In this document: one piece after another, positions 17,246-26,748 of the stretch
Layout of the letters: the number at the start of each line of letters is the position of its first letter
Position numbering within the stretch: the first letter of the stretch is position 1
Source: a virus
Strand: one strand, 5' to 3'
Virus record (IMG/VR): IMGVR_UViG_3300024983_000001
Coordinates: 32,001 to 96,000 of that record
Length of the DNA: 64,000 nt
The notes under the pieces: generated by a model
Databases searched by the model: none
Told to the model about the DNA's origin: nothing
The model's input: the letters and a program-made list of their open reading frames with translations, nothing else
Program-made: the position numbers and the translations under genes

Positions 17246-18922
17246 TTAGTCCTTTGTTTTAGTAGCGTGTGCTTTAACTTCCCTAAATTTGTCCATTAAG
17301 TTGGATTTTGAAACGGGATTAGCGTAATCAAACGACATAAACTTCCACACTTCCTTTGGTATCAACACCTTTTGGGGACCTTCGAGTGAGGTCAATAGAA
17401 TACCAATCTTCTTCATAGAATATTCACACCCCTTGTCCATCAACTCAAGAATATTAGCCATTACTTGAATCGCCCCATTCATGTTAATGATTTCTTGCTC
17501 CTGACTTGGGAGATGAGATGTATATTTGATTTCGGCTTCCAATTCTTTAATTTTGTCTTTAAGAGATTTTGTAACGGCGGCGGGAATCTTGGCAGTTTCT
17601 ACCTTCTCTTCCTTTTCATCCTTAACAGCATCACCAAAATCAACAACTTTAATTTCTGATTCATCCAGTTTTTCAAACTGGTCTTTTGAAATCTCTTTAA
17701 CAGACACAGAAATCATTCTATCATGAAGTGTTTTAACTTTAGCCTCTGCTTCTTCATTGGACGGAGCCTTAATAACACCCTTTTCAAAATGTTCTTGAGT
17801 ATCGTCACTTTTATCTTCCCATGAGTATTCATAGGAGAAATATTTAGACTCAGACATTGAGGAATAATCATCAACACTCTCTTTGACACCACTGTCTTTA
17901 GCAGCTTTGCCAAGTTTGACGCTATTTTTCAACCGATCAACCAAACGCTTCTGTTTCGCAACTTCATAACGCATATCATCAACAGCATCATTTTCTTTTT
18001 CGGTACGGGCAGCACTCATCATGGAACTCAAATCTTCCTCCATCTCTTTGAATTTGGCTACTTCAGCTTTCAGTTCTGCTTCTTTATCTGCAGATTCTTT
18101 AACGGTTTGTGCAGCGTAAACGGATCCAACTGCACCATCCCATTCACCCACATCTTTACCATCAACAACACAGGCACCAATATCTATATCACCACGGAAC
18201 GAACAACCGGGATGTGCCTTCTTACAAGCAGCTTTCCAGCTACCATAGGATTGATATTCGCGGTCACCCATGTGATTCTTGGCTTCCTGCATACCTTCGT
18301 CGCCTTCTTCCTCTTCGTCAGACTCTTCTTCATTGTCCTTTTCTTGAGCAGCAGCAAGTTCTTTTACAGCACTCTCGACCTTTTTGATCTTTGCTGTAAC
18401 CGTTGTATCGTTTGCATCTTTTGTTCCCTCGTCAGCATCGTCCTTCTCTTGATCCTTCTTGATTTGGGCAACATCCTTTTTAAGCTGTTCAATATCCTTG
18501 TCCACAGCGACATCATTTTCATCAGCATCGTCATCACCTTCTCTTAACAAGGTTGTTCCGAAATAAGCAGCGATGATCTTACGTGCTTCTTTATCGGTGG
18601 TAACTTCGAACACTACGTCACGGCAAGCCGTATCCATATGCGCCCATGCTTTTGCTGCAGCGGCTTGACGACCGCTTGCAACAAGTCCTAAAATTGAATC
18701 ATAATCTTCAGCATCACGTTCATATGTTTTGCGGAGATTGGGGCTTTTAACTTCAGAAGCATCCTTCTCGCACTGACGAACTGCTTTACGAACAGCCAAT
18801 TTAACAGTAGCTACTTCTGGTGAATTTTTTGCAAAATCAACAGCCGCTTTTTCTTCCGCCTCAACCACGTTTGCCGACTCGGTTAAACCAGCAAGTTTCA
18901 AGAATTCTTGTTTGACGTTCAT
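17246..18922 (-). CDS. Acidic modular internal head/core-like protein
   Basis: FLKLAGL start; many xxE-S/A sites; TATAAATA at 18955-18962. Confidence 0.7.
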   Translation of the reverse strand: MNVKQEFLKLAGLTESANVVEAEEKAAVDFAKNSPEVATVKLAVRKAVRQCEKDASEVKSPNLRKTYERDAEDYDSILGLVASGRQAAAAKAWAHMDTACRDVVFEVTTDKEARKIIAAYFGTTLLREGDDDADENDVAVDKDIEQLKKDVAQIKKDQEKDDADEGTKDANDTTVTAKIKKVESAVKELAAAQEKDNEEESDEEEEGDEGMQEAKNHMGDREYQSYGSWKAACKKAHPGCSFRGDIDIGACVVDGKDVGEWDGAVGSVYAAQTVKESADKEAELKAEVAKFKEMEEDLSSMMSAARTEKENDAVDDMRYEVAKQKRLVDRLKNSVKLGKAAKDSGVKESVDDYSSMSESKYFSYEYSWEDKSDDTQEHFEKGVIKAPSNEEAEAKVKTLHDRMISVSVKEISKDQFEKLDESEIKVVDFGDAVKDEKEEKVETAKIPAAVTKSLKDKIKELEAEIKYTSHLPSQEQEIINMNGAIQVMANILELMDKGCEYSMKKIGILLTSLEGPQKVLIPKEVWKFMSFDYANPVSKSNLMDKFREVKAHATKTKD

Positions 18923-18993
18923 GTATTTCTCCTAAATTATGAATCTTTATCAACTATTTATAACAGAACGCATTATGCAAACACTTTTAATAG

Positions 18994-19021
18994 AAAAAGG
19001 CTAACCGAAGTTAGCCTTTTT
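18994..19021 (-). terminator. Intrinsic terminator after RNA ligase
   Basis: AAAAAGGCTAAC-CGAA-GTTAGCCTTTTT. Confidence 0.85.
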
Positions 19022-19036
19022 GTGTGGTGGAACAGA

Positions 19037-20161
19037 TTACTCGATTTCTTGTGCGGGCTCTTCGTCTTTAATACCAAACATTTCGAGGTTTTTGATTGCG
19101 AATGCTTTGTAATCATTTGCCTTTTCGAGAAATAGATTCATTTTCAACGAAAACAGTCCATCATTCACACTCTGACCTTTGATTGCATAATCTTTACGAG
19201 ACAGGTCCTTGTTTTCAGCATGGAAAGCTTCAACAGTCTTGATCATCGCATCAAACTTATGCACAACCTTGTTCTCCATTGCAGTAATCATCCCAAGAGC
19301 AACAGGATCGTCAGCAAACAACGAACGCAGGTCATCCGACGTCTCGTTGATAACACACTCAAACAACCGGCGAGGAGTGTTGATCGAGTCTTTGGTGTGA
19401 TGAAGCACGAGGTATTTGTTAGTCTTGCGCTTGAATGCGAGACCACTCTTCATCAAAAATACAAACCCTTCAATATCTTCTACCATCGTGGGTACGGCAT
19501 CAACGAATGCTATGGGATCATCAGTTTGGATCTTTTCAATAACACGATCTGCCTCAAACTCACTGACCACTTCGTCATACTGCATAAACCCACCCGTCAT
19601 ATAGCTACGGCAATTCAAAACCTTTAGATGGGGGTTCGCATATCCGATCACAATTCTGTGAACCGGGCTGCACCACTCCAAATTAACTGTATATCCACGC
19701 AAGGTGAGTAATTTCAAATCTTCACGAAATGTGTCATTTACCGATTTTTTCAGCCAATCCATAGCAGCAATGCACTGCTCGGAAGATATGGAACCTTTTG
19801 ATTTCAACTTTAGCTCATCATCTTCCATATAAGTTGACATGAGACTGCCGTCTGCTTTCAGCAAAATCTGATCAACTTGAGTCAAGTCAAGATTCATTGT
19901 AAATGGGTTTTCACAAAAATTGAAAAATTTGGGCATTGGTAACGCCTTGATTTCAATAGGATTCCCATCCATATCTACTTCAAACATCACTCCCCGCGCC
20001 TCGAGTGCGCCTGGCTGTAGGAAGTCGGTGTATGATGCAAGTCGATAGTTAAAAATCCGCAGCGTGCGCGCCCCAGAGTAGAAGTCTTTAAAATAAAAGG
20101 CATCGTTTATTGCGACAAGCCCCATTAATTCATTAAAGAGAGAACTTTGAAAAGTATTCAT
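19037..20161 (-). CDS. rnlA: T4 Rnl1-type RNA ligase (gp63)
   Basis: FNYRLASY.DF, ALE.RG, PKFFN, KADGSL (motif I), EGFV, K..KY..LHHTKD. Confidence 0.93.
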   Translation of the reverse strand: MNTFQSSLFNELMGLVAINDAFYFKDFYSGARTLRIFNYRLASYTDFLQPGALEARGVMFEVDMDGNPIEIKALPMPKFFNFCENPFTMNLDLTQVDQILLKADGSLMSTYMEDDELKLKSKGSISSEQCIAAMDWLKKSVNDTFREDLKLLTLRGYTVNLEWCSPVHRIVIGYANPHLKVLNCRSYMTGGFMQYDEVVSEFEADRVIEKIQTDDPIAFVDAVPTMVEDIEGFVFLMKSGLAFKRKTNKYLVLHHTKDSINTPRRLFECVINETSDDLRSLFADDPVALGMITAMENKVVHKFDAMIKTVEAFHAENKDLSRKDYAIKGQSVNDGLFSLKMNLFLEKANDYKAFAIKNLEMFGIKDEEPAQEIE

Positions 20162-20196
20162 AAATAATATCAATCCGATTAGAAGGAGTAGTATTC

Positions 20197-21060
20197 ATGA
20201 TACATCACATATACAAAATAGTCAACAATGTTAATAATAAGGTTTACATAGGTTACACGTCAAGAAAAAGACCAATTGATAGGTGGAAGGCACATATCAG
20301 AGATTCGGTTAAATTGGATAGGCCGTTATATAGAGCTATGCGTAAATATGGTGTAGATAACTTTTCGTTCGTGTTAATATATTGCTCGAAGGATGGGGAA
20401 CATGCACTAAAAACTATGGAAACATTGTTTATTACCACGTTCCATTCCTTTATAACAGATCATGGGTATAATCTCACGCTAGGTGGCGAGTCTAATTATG
20501 GTTGGGTGCCATCATACGAACTAAAGCAGCTGTGGTCACGCCAAAGATCGGGCAGAAAATTAACAGAAGGGCACAAGAAAAAAATAAGTGTGAGTGGAAG
20601 GAAAAGGTATGAAGATAATCCGGGGTTGAAACTTTTTTATAGAGACCTTGCGTTGGCCAACGGAACACGCCCCCCAGCACCCACTCCAGAATCGTGGGCA
20701 AAAAGCGCACTTTCACGAACTGGGAAGCATATTCATACACAAGAACATCGCAATAAATTATCAACTGCTTTTTTGGATACGGACCACCCCTTCAAGCAGC
20801 CAGAAATTATAGAAAAACGTAAACAGGTGTGGATGGAGACGGGGAGAGGTGTAGGAGCTAAAAACGGAAATGCAGTATTTGCTCAGGTAGTTGACCCCGA
20901 TGGTTTGACTGTGGGCGAGGGGTTTTTGAAAGATGTGTGTGAAAAAATCAACGCACCATTCAACAAATTTTTAGCAGCCTCCAGACACCAGAAACCGTTA
21001 GAACGCGGTCTATGGAAAGGTTGGAAAATTCGCCGAATTAACAAACACGAAGTATCTTGA
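20197..21060 (+). mobile_element. Free-standing GIY-YIG (Seg-like) homing endonuclease with NUMOD3-like motifs
   Basis: HIYKIVN..N.KVYIGYT, R...H, GYN.T.GG, TEGHKKKIS; antisense to neighbours; CATAAATA at 20159-20166. Confidence 0.9.
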
Positions 21061-21061
21061 T

Positions 21062-21379
21062 TTACTTCGCGGCTTCTTGCTCCAACTTAGATGATTCAGA
21101 CTTCCAATCATCGTTACGAATGCCTTTATCAGTTGCTTTTTGAAGCTCTTTAACTGCGTACTCAATAGCTTCCTCGTACTGTGCCCACGCATCTTCCATG
21201 GAGGGGGTAGGACGCTGTACATCGGCAACTTCGTATGCTCTATGAACCAAGTCCAAAGCGTTTGCCCAATTGTGATCTTCGTCTTGGGCACCCTTCTTAA
21301 TTAATTTTTTGACTTGTGTCATTTGCTTATATGGAACAGCATCAGACATTTCTTGTTCAAATAATTCTTGCAGTTTCAT
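21062..21379 (-). CDS. Small protein with MKLQELFE tag
   Basis: Shared N-terminal motif; ATGA coupling. Confidence 0.75.
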   Translation of the reverse strand: MKLQELFEQEMSDAVPYKQMTQVKKLIKKGAQDEDHNWANALDLVHRAYEVADVQRPTPSMEDAWAQYEEAIEYAVKELQKATDKGIRNDDWKSESSKLEQEAAK

Positions 21380-21576
21380 TTTACAGTTCTCGCAAATTTG
21401 ATAGCATTCTTTTTTTCTTCAACTTTATCAGCGGCGTCTCGCGGTGTAAAGAAAAATTGATTCATCTTCTTATCACCTTTGAACACCTGCCAGGACGACT
21501 CATCCGTATTTAAACGGATTTCACAATTGTTAACAATCATGGGTGCCGACTCGTTTACAAATTCAGTAAATGTCAT
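21376..21576 (-). CDS. Small protein with MTFTEFVNE tag (T4 internal-protein-like leader)
   Basis: Start reset to ATG at 21576 after GGAG. Confidence 0.7.
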   Translation of the reverse strand: MTFTEFVNESAPMIVNNCEIRLNTDESSWQVFKGDKKMNQFFFTPRDAADKVEEKKNAIKFARTVK

Positions 21577-21965
21577 GTATGTGTATGAACTCCATACTGT
21601 GCACGAGCCCACGCAGCCGCTTCCTTCTTCGCCGCAGGTTTACCATCAGCGTTTTTGAATTTAACAGAATGAACCTTGTTATCATCAAGGTAAACATCGT
21701 AGGACCAATCCTTGTTATTGAGGAAGATGTCGTAAGCGCCGCGCTTAATGTGGGATTCTGTAACGTCTCCTCCCTCTAATTCAGAAATTTCTTTTTTAAT
21801 TGCGCGAAGATCATTTTCCGCATCAGCAATATCGTCTTCGTCTCCGTCGATGAGTGCAGCATTTAATGCCTTTTTTGCTGCATCACGTTCGATGTAGAGA
21901 TTGCGAAGTCTGTTGGATTTTTGGTGCTCGTCTTGACGGGATTCAAACAAATCAGCAAGTTTCAT
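21573..21965 (-). CDS. Small protein with MKLADLFE tag
   Basis: AGGAG RBS; C-terminal module resembles 21376..21576. Confidence 0.75.
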   Translation of the reverse strand: MKLADLFESRQDEHQKSNRLRNLYIERDAAKKALNAALIDGDEDDIADAENDLRAIKKEISELEGGDVTESHIKRGAYDIFLNNKDWSYDVYLDDNKVHSVKFKNADGKPAAKKEAAAWARAQYGVHTHT

Positions 21966-21968
21966 TGT

Positions 21969-22520
21969 TTAAACTCCTGTTAAGTATTTTGCTTTGAATT
22001 CAGGATACATCATCCTATTCAAATCGTTTGTTAGGTCTTTCTTCAACTTGGCATTACCACCCACAATATTTTGTAATGTGGCATAATCAAATGCGCCGGC
22101 AGCATAGGCATCTTTGGCGGTCATATTGTTTTGATCACGATCCATCTTCCAACGAGCTGCGTGTTCTGGATAATCTTTTAACGCACGTTGATATACTTGA
22201 CCAGGGAAGCGGGATGGTCCCGTAATTGAAGCGCTGTCACGAGCCCGAAGATCATTACGTTCTACAAACGCCTCGATTTCGTTTGCGAACACGTCAATCA
22301 TATCAAATTTCAAGTTTTCTTCCCCGCCAGCAATGTTAACCATGCGAACATCACCACGATCGGGATTGTCTTGCCGGTTTGCGCCCACCATGAACGCCTT
22401 TTTAATATCATCACCCATACTATATCCGTAGTATACCTGTTCGGTTGTTGGTGCTGATACTTTGTACACGACAAAATCGGTATAATTTTCTGTTAAAGTT
22501 ACAATTTCAGCAAGTTTCAT
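21969..22520 (-). CDS. GIY-YIG-like domain protein with MKLAEI tag
   Basis: VVYKV......VYYGYS; CATAAATA at 22545-22552. Confidence 0.55.
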   Translation of the reverse strand: MKLAEIVTLTENYTDFVVYKVSAPTTEQVYYGYSMGDDIKKAFMVGANRQDNPDRGDVRMVNIAGGEENLKFDMIDVFANEIEAFVERNDLRARDSASITGPSRFPGQVYQRALKDYPEHAARWKMDRDQNNMTAKDAYAAGAFDYATLQNIVGGNAKLKKDLTNDLNRMMYPEFKAKYLTGV

Positions 22521-22547
22521 ATTAAATCCTTCTACTATTTTAAATAT

Positions 22548-22841
22548 TTATGCCGTAGACTTGATAAAATTGTGAAAACGACTAATAGCACCCTTTAAAG
22601 TTGGCGCAGTATCATACGCTCTGTGTGTATTGGTAATATATGTAACTTTTCCACTATCATCAACACTTTTCCAGACAGCAGGGGAAGCACCGTGACCGTT
22701 GTTCATGTGCCAAACTGCCTTTCTGTCCATACATTCAGCACGTTCTTCTGGCGTTAGAGGAACTTTATTTTTCTTGAGTTTCTTGAAGTGACTCATCTTT
22801 TCAATAAGAAACTCTTCTGTCAAAATTTCACTTAACTTCAT
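22548..22841 (-). CDS. Small protein with MKLSEILTE tag
   Basis: Start reset after AAGGA. Confidence 0.75.
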   Translation of the reverse strand: MKLSEILTEEFLIEKMSHFKKLKKNKVPLTPEERAECMDRKAVWHMNNGHGASPAVWKSVDDSGKVTYITNTHRAYDTAPTLKGAISRFHNFIKSTA

Positions 22842-23124
22842 TGTCCTTTTTCCTGTAACCGTCGATGATTGCATCACGTTCTCTAACTGCTCCTTGGAGC
22901 TGTTTAACGGTAGCTTTCCAGTATTGAACTACTTTGCCAGGGTCTTTCTTATCAGCATCTGTTAGCTTGTTGAAATACAGATCTGGGTCTTCAACTGCAG
23001 CAGGGGCAGGACATTCTTTGGTAATGATTTTATCCACATAAACAACTTCTGTTTTTGGGGGTAAAGTGCCTGCGCACCCAGCCAAAGCTGCTGTGAACAG
23101 TATTAGTAGCGCAACATTTTTCAT
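22828..23124 (-). CDS. o-spanin (Rz1-like lipoprotein)
   Basis: Lipobox LAGC, Pro-rich linker, follows TM coiled-coil gene. Confidence 0.8.
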   Translation of the reverse strand: MKNVALLILFTAALAGCAGTLPPKTEVVYVDKIITKECPAPAAVEDPDLYFNKLTDADKKDPGKVVQYWKATVKQLQGAVRERDAIIDGYRKKDNEVK

Positions 23125-23549
23125 TTTTTGTCTCCCCACTGTAAATCTTTGACGCCATCTACAAGATAATCAATGGCAGACTGGCAATCCTTGGGCTTTG
23201 GACCATGAATAATTGTAAGAACGCCTGAATTGTACATACGACGATATTCAGCCAACTTATCTGCTGCCGCTTTCATTCGCGCATCCTGTTCATCAGATTT
23301 CTTCTTAAAGTCTTCAATTTCCGCATTTTGTTTAGCAATAGTATCTTTAAATGTTGATGATTGAGTATTAAGTTGCACACGCAAATTGACGATCGTATCC
23401 GCTTGTGTTTTAATGGTGTGTGTACGATCTGCCCAGTACAAATATATTAAAACTAGTGCAATAGCAACAACTATTTGTTTCCAGTAGGCCTGAAGAAATC
23501 CAACCACCGGACCTCCCGCCATTCCCGCCATTTTAAATAAGGCTCCCAT
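23121..23549 (-). CDS. i-spanin (Rz-like)
   Basis: TM, coiled coil with QNAEIE, C-terminal P..DC..AID.L. Confidence 0.8.
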   Translation of the reverse strand: MGALFKMAGMAGGPVVGFLQAYWKQIVVAIALVLIYLYWADRTHTIKTQADTIVNLRVQLNTQSSTFKDTIAKQNAEIEDFKKKSDEQDARMKAAADKLAEYRRMYNSGVLTIIHGPKPKDCQSAIDYLVDGVKDLQWGDKK

Positions 23550-23550
23550 A

Positions 23551-23724
23551 TTATTCTCCGTTCTGATTCATGCGTTTTTTAAGATTAAACAGCTCATGTT
23601 CCAACCGAATCGTTTTTCGCTTTTCTTCACGAAGGTTGAGCTCTAACCGCTTGATATAACGTTGTAAACGATCAATGAATGCTCGCAACTTTTTGTTATC
23701 TAGTTCGGTATTAGGTTTAATCAT
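23551..23724 (-). CDS. 57-aa basic coiled-coil late protein (below ORF-track cutoff)
   Basis: Hand translation MIKPNTELDNKKLRAFIDRL...; CATAAATA at 23730-23737. Confidence 0.6.
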   Translation of the reverse strand: MIKPNTELDNKKLRAFIDRLQRYIKRLELNLREEKRKTIRLEHELFNLKKRMNQNGE

Positions 23725-23755
23725 TATGTTATTTATGAACGAGTGATAAAGACTG

Positions 23756-23992
23756 TCAAAGCCAAAACTGTTGACACATCCGCAATATAGGAACTATTAC
23801 ATGCTGCCACGAATATACAATAATAGGAACACCAAAATATACATATACTATGATGGACGGTATAATACCAGCATACATGAGTGGTACAGCCACACGTTCA
23901 AAGGTTTCATAACCAAAAATCTTTGAGGTAAAATACATTAAAATGAATCCGACAAAATTTATATAACTACTCAACAAAATTAATTCAAACAT
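23756..23992 (-). CDS. Two-TM membrane protein
   Basis: GGAGG RBS; hydrophobic. Confidence 0.65.
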   Translation of the reverse strand: MFELILLSSYINFVGFILMYFTSKIFGYETFERVAVPLMYAGIIPSIIVYVYFGVPIIVYSWQHVIVPILRMCQQFWL

Positions 23993-24283
23993 TTATCGCC
24001 TCCGTTTATTCTTGCGGTCATTTGTGTCTTTTGACTTGATGTAAAAATCAATAGGTTTGTTTTGTAACCACTTAACGAAGGCAACAATATCTGCATTCTC
24101 GAGCAAGCGTTCTATAGTATGATAGTAATTCAGCAACTCTCGCTCACTAAACACAGTATGAATTTTTCGGTGACACACTTTGTGTAACCAAACTGTTTCT
24201 TTACCCTTGAAGGTTTTAGGAATTAGGTGATGTTCATCTGCAGTATCATCCAACTCACGTTTACATAGTGGACATAAACTCAT
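23993..24283 (-). CDS. Small HNH-family protein
   Basis: CPLC, EHHLIP, LHKVCHRKIH. Confidence 0.85.
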   Translation of the reverse strand: MSLCPLCKRELDDTADEHHLIPKTFKGKETVWLHKVCHRKIHTVFSERELLNYYHTIERLLENADIVAFVKWLQNKPIDFYIKSKDTNDRKNKRRR

Positions 24284-24284
24284 T

Positions 24285-24611
24285 TTATTCACTCTCAATA
24301 GCAAAGTGACCATCAGAACCCACACGAATTGTTTCAGGAGCAATTTTGCAGCACGCTGCTTTGCGCTCAAGTACTCTCGCCTCATGCAACACAAGGGCCA
24401 TGCGTAGATGGTGGATAATTCCTGCATTACCGTCCCAATGAAGCTTGTTTTCAAGGTACTGAACTCTGTTGATTAGAGCACGTAACACTTCTTGGTTTTG
24501 TGTGCCTTCATGACTGCAATTGCCTTCACGATTCACAAAAGTTAGTTGCTGGGTGCCGTCTCCATCTATATGAGCTAATTCATAAATGTGACCTTCTTCA
24601 ATTATTTTCAT
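24285..24611 (-). CDS. Tad1/Acb2-fold-like putative nucleotide-sponge protein
   Basis: H.Y...F...G...E.L..LI.R...L...N..I.HL..AL....R...R pattern resembles Tad1. Confidence 0.55.
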   Translation of the reverse strand: MKIIEEGHIYELAHIDGDGTQQLTFVNREGNCSHEGTQNQEVLRALINRVQYLENKLHWDGNAGIIHHLRMALVLHEARVLERKAACCKIAPETIRVGSDGHFAIESE

Positions 24612-24623
24612 AATGTTTTCCAT

Positions 24624-24655
24624 AAAAATGAGTCCACAATTACTTATGGACTCAT
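24624..24655 (-). terminator. Terminator closing the Pth2 operon
   Basis: ATGAGTCCA-loop-TGGACTCAT followed by a T run. Confidence 0.7.
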
Positions 24656-24682
24656 AAAGTATAACCAAATTACAAATTTAAA

Positions 24683-25009
24683 TCAACCACGAAACAAACT
24701 GTGCTTTTTTAGGGGCAATCGTTCTTCCCCGTACAGGGGTTTGGTAGCAATTGCAGTATATCCTGTATTATAGTCTGGTTCGTAAAATATTTGACTTTCA
24801 ATACCACAGTTCCCCAGTCTTTTACGAATTTTTAACAGTTCTTCCTGATTTTTTGCACCCATTAAAACGATGTGCGTGCTTCCCTCCGGTTTGTTGTAAG
24901 CAAACCCAGCCTCAAGGGCTGCGTGTGATGCTTGCACGATTTTTTGTGGTGTTGTTAAATCTTCACGCACAAAAATGTACATATATGGTTTCTCTTCAAT
25001 CTAAATCAT
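24683..25009 (-). CDS. Peptidyl-tRNA hydrolase 2-like protein; RBS-linked start has an in-frame TAG at codon 3
   Basis: YIFVREDL..Q..VQASHAA, FYEPD, TAIA; AAGGA-6nt-ATG ATT TAG ATT GAA GAG AAA CCA TAT ATG TAC in frame. Confidence 0.85.
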
Positions 25010-25367
25010 TGTTAATCCTTTCTAACCACGCTTCAGCCAAATATCGACTGTCACATTCGTTGTACATTGCAGCAATATCTCTGTTTAAACTAATGCGTAA
25101 GGCAAAATTCTTTTCCACTGACATGATGGCGTATAAGCCACTTCTGCTACGTTGACCACTCTCCAATGGTTGACCAGTTGTGTAAACGAATCGTTCTGCC
25201 TTATAGTCACCACCCAACGTGGCTGCTATCATTTCGCACAGGCTCTTACTAAAAGTAAGTCGGTGTAATTTGTTGGTTTTGGTGTTGATAAGCCCCCAGA
25301 TTTTATTCTGTTGTTTACAACCACCGCCCAAATAACACGCATTTTCGATATTGTCAATCTATTTCAT
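24996..25367 (-). CDS. Hypothetical protein; RBS-linked start has an in-frame TAG at codon 3
   Basis: AGGA-7nt-ATG AAA TAG ATT GAC AAT ATC GAA AAT GCG TGT TAT TTG GGC, in frame with the 111-aa ORF. Confidence 0.7.
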
Positions 25368-25369
25368 TT

Positions 25370-25696
25370 TCATTTCCTTTCAATATTAACTGCAAAATTT
25401 TTAATAACTTCATCCTGAATCGTTTGTTTAACAACCCCTTGCACATAATCAACAAATGACGAAGTGTGATATCTATCCACTTTAACACCATGTTCGATAA
25501 AATCAAGCACCACCTTTTTAATAGTACGTTCTAACAAATTGGTGTTCAATTCACGTAGATATTCTTGCGTTACGCTCGATATTTTTTCTTCGATCAGTTG
25601 TTGTGCATACTCTTTGGTAATACCATATTCGTTATTGACCAAATTTCGAATAGCTTTGTGAGCCTGTGTACCCGTCATGTGTTGCATAGTATCCAT
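25370..25696 (-). CDS. Hypothetical protein
   Basis: GGAG RBS; tight packing. Confidence 0.7.
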   Translation of the reverse strand: MDTMQHMTGTQAHKAIRNLVNNEYGITKEYAQQLIEEKISSVTQEYLRELNTNLLERTIKKVVLDFIEHGVKVDRYHTSSFVDYVQGVVKQTIQDEVIKNFAVNIERK

Positions 25697-25698
25697 GT

Positions 25699-26232
25699 TT
25701 ATTCTCCCTTCTTGTGGTAGTCAACTTCTTCGAGGTTGGCTAGGTGATCAACTGTAACAGTTCCGGCGAACGGTGCCAAAAATTTACTCACGGTGGCAAT
25801 GCGATCGATTTGAAGTTTGACCAAGTATTCCTTCGATTGCTTTAATGTCCAGGGCGAATCCACATCTTTGCCAACAATAAGTCTTGCCTGTTTGCATACA
25901 GAATTGATAGTATGAACTGCACAATTAAGCGCATTATACGGATCGTTTAGATTGCTGGTGATTTTATTGGCACCCTTGATCGGCGAAAACCCCACCGAGG
26001 CGTCCTTACCACGGATAATATTAAACAGCACGTGGTGTTCGGCACAAATCCATCCTTTAACAAGACGCCGTCCAGTTCCTTTGGACAAAGTCCATTTGTA
26101 TGACGTTCTGTCAACGAGGTATTCATCACAAGGTTCAAGAATTGGTTTAATACGAATATCGTTCACTGCTAATTTCCATGCGGAACGAAAATTGAGGTAT
26201 TGCTCTTTTGTTTCAAAAAAATTGGTTTTCAT
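25699..26232 (-). CDS. Hypothetical protein
   Basis: AAGGAG RBS before MKTNFF; EHH..FN..RG....GFSP motif. Confidence 0.75.
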   Translation of the reverse strand: MKTNFFETKEQYLNFRSAWKLAVNDIRIKPILEPCDEYLVDRTSYKWTLSKGTGRRLVKGWICAEHHVLFNIIRGKDASVGFSPIKGANKITSNLNDPYNALNCAVHTINSVCKQARLIVGKDVDSPWTLKQSKEYLVKLQIDRIATVSKFLAPFAGTVTVDHLANLEEVDYHKKGE

Positions 26233-26298
26233 GGTATTTCTCCTTAAATTAAAATATAGTTGTTCAAAACATTGCATCTTGATAAATCTACACTACTT

Positions 26299-26331
26299 TT
26301 ACGGAGGACCGTTATTCAAAATCTACATCAT
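26299..26331 (-). promoter_or_regulatory. Putative leader peptide MM(amber)ILNNGPP
   Basis: GGAG-8nt-ATG ATG TAG ATT TTG AAT AAC GGT CCT CCG TAA; ATGA-coupled to the upstream stop. Confidence 0.6.
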
Positions 26332-26555
26332 GATTTTTTCTCCTGTTTAATGTCATACACTTTGGGCCAAACGACATCGGTTATATCACTCGACGTCAAA
26401 TCCTTTAAAATCTCACGCTCTTTATCTGAAAGAGCTAAAATAGCATCACCTGGCTTATATTTTATTGATTCAATCCAACGTGCAAATTCGTATTTATCTG
26501 CAAGGTTGGCCATCAACTGCCGTTGGCGATTACAGATTCTCTCACTCATAATCAT
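26328..26555 (-). CDS. Hypothetical protein
   Basis: Tight packing. Confidence 0.6.
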   Translation of the reverse strand: MIMSERICNRQRQLMANLADKYEFARWIESIKYKPGDAILALSDKEREILKDLTSSDITDVVWPKVYDIKQEKKS

Positions 26556-26747
26556 ACCAATTTGGATGAAGCTCTTTGAGAGCTGCTAAAACATATTTAT
26601 CATCAAGTTCACAAAGATTGTCGCAATCAGCATCTTCAAAGATGGTAACCAATTTTTTACAAACAGTCAACTTTTTGCTTTCTGGAATATTTTTTTAACA
26701 ACATCCCACACATCATCAAAAACATTTACGCCGCTGCTCCAACCCAT
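26542..26747 (-). pseudogene. Small MGWSSG protein split by a frameshift at an A7 run
   Basis: MGWSSGVNVFDDVWDVVKK continues in the -1 frame as NIPESKK...FEDADCDNL...WYDYE. Confidence 0.55.
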
Positions 26748-26748
26748 A

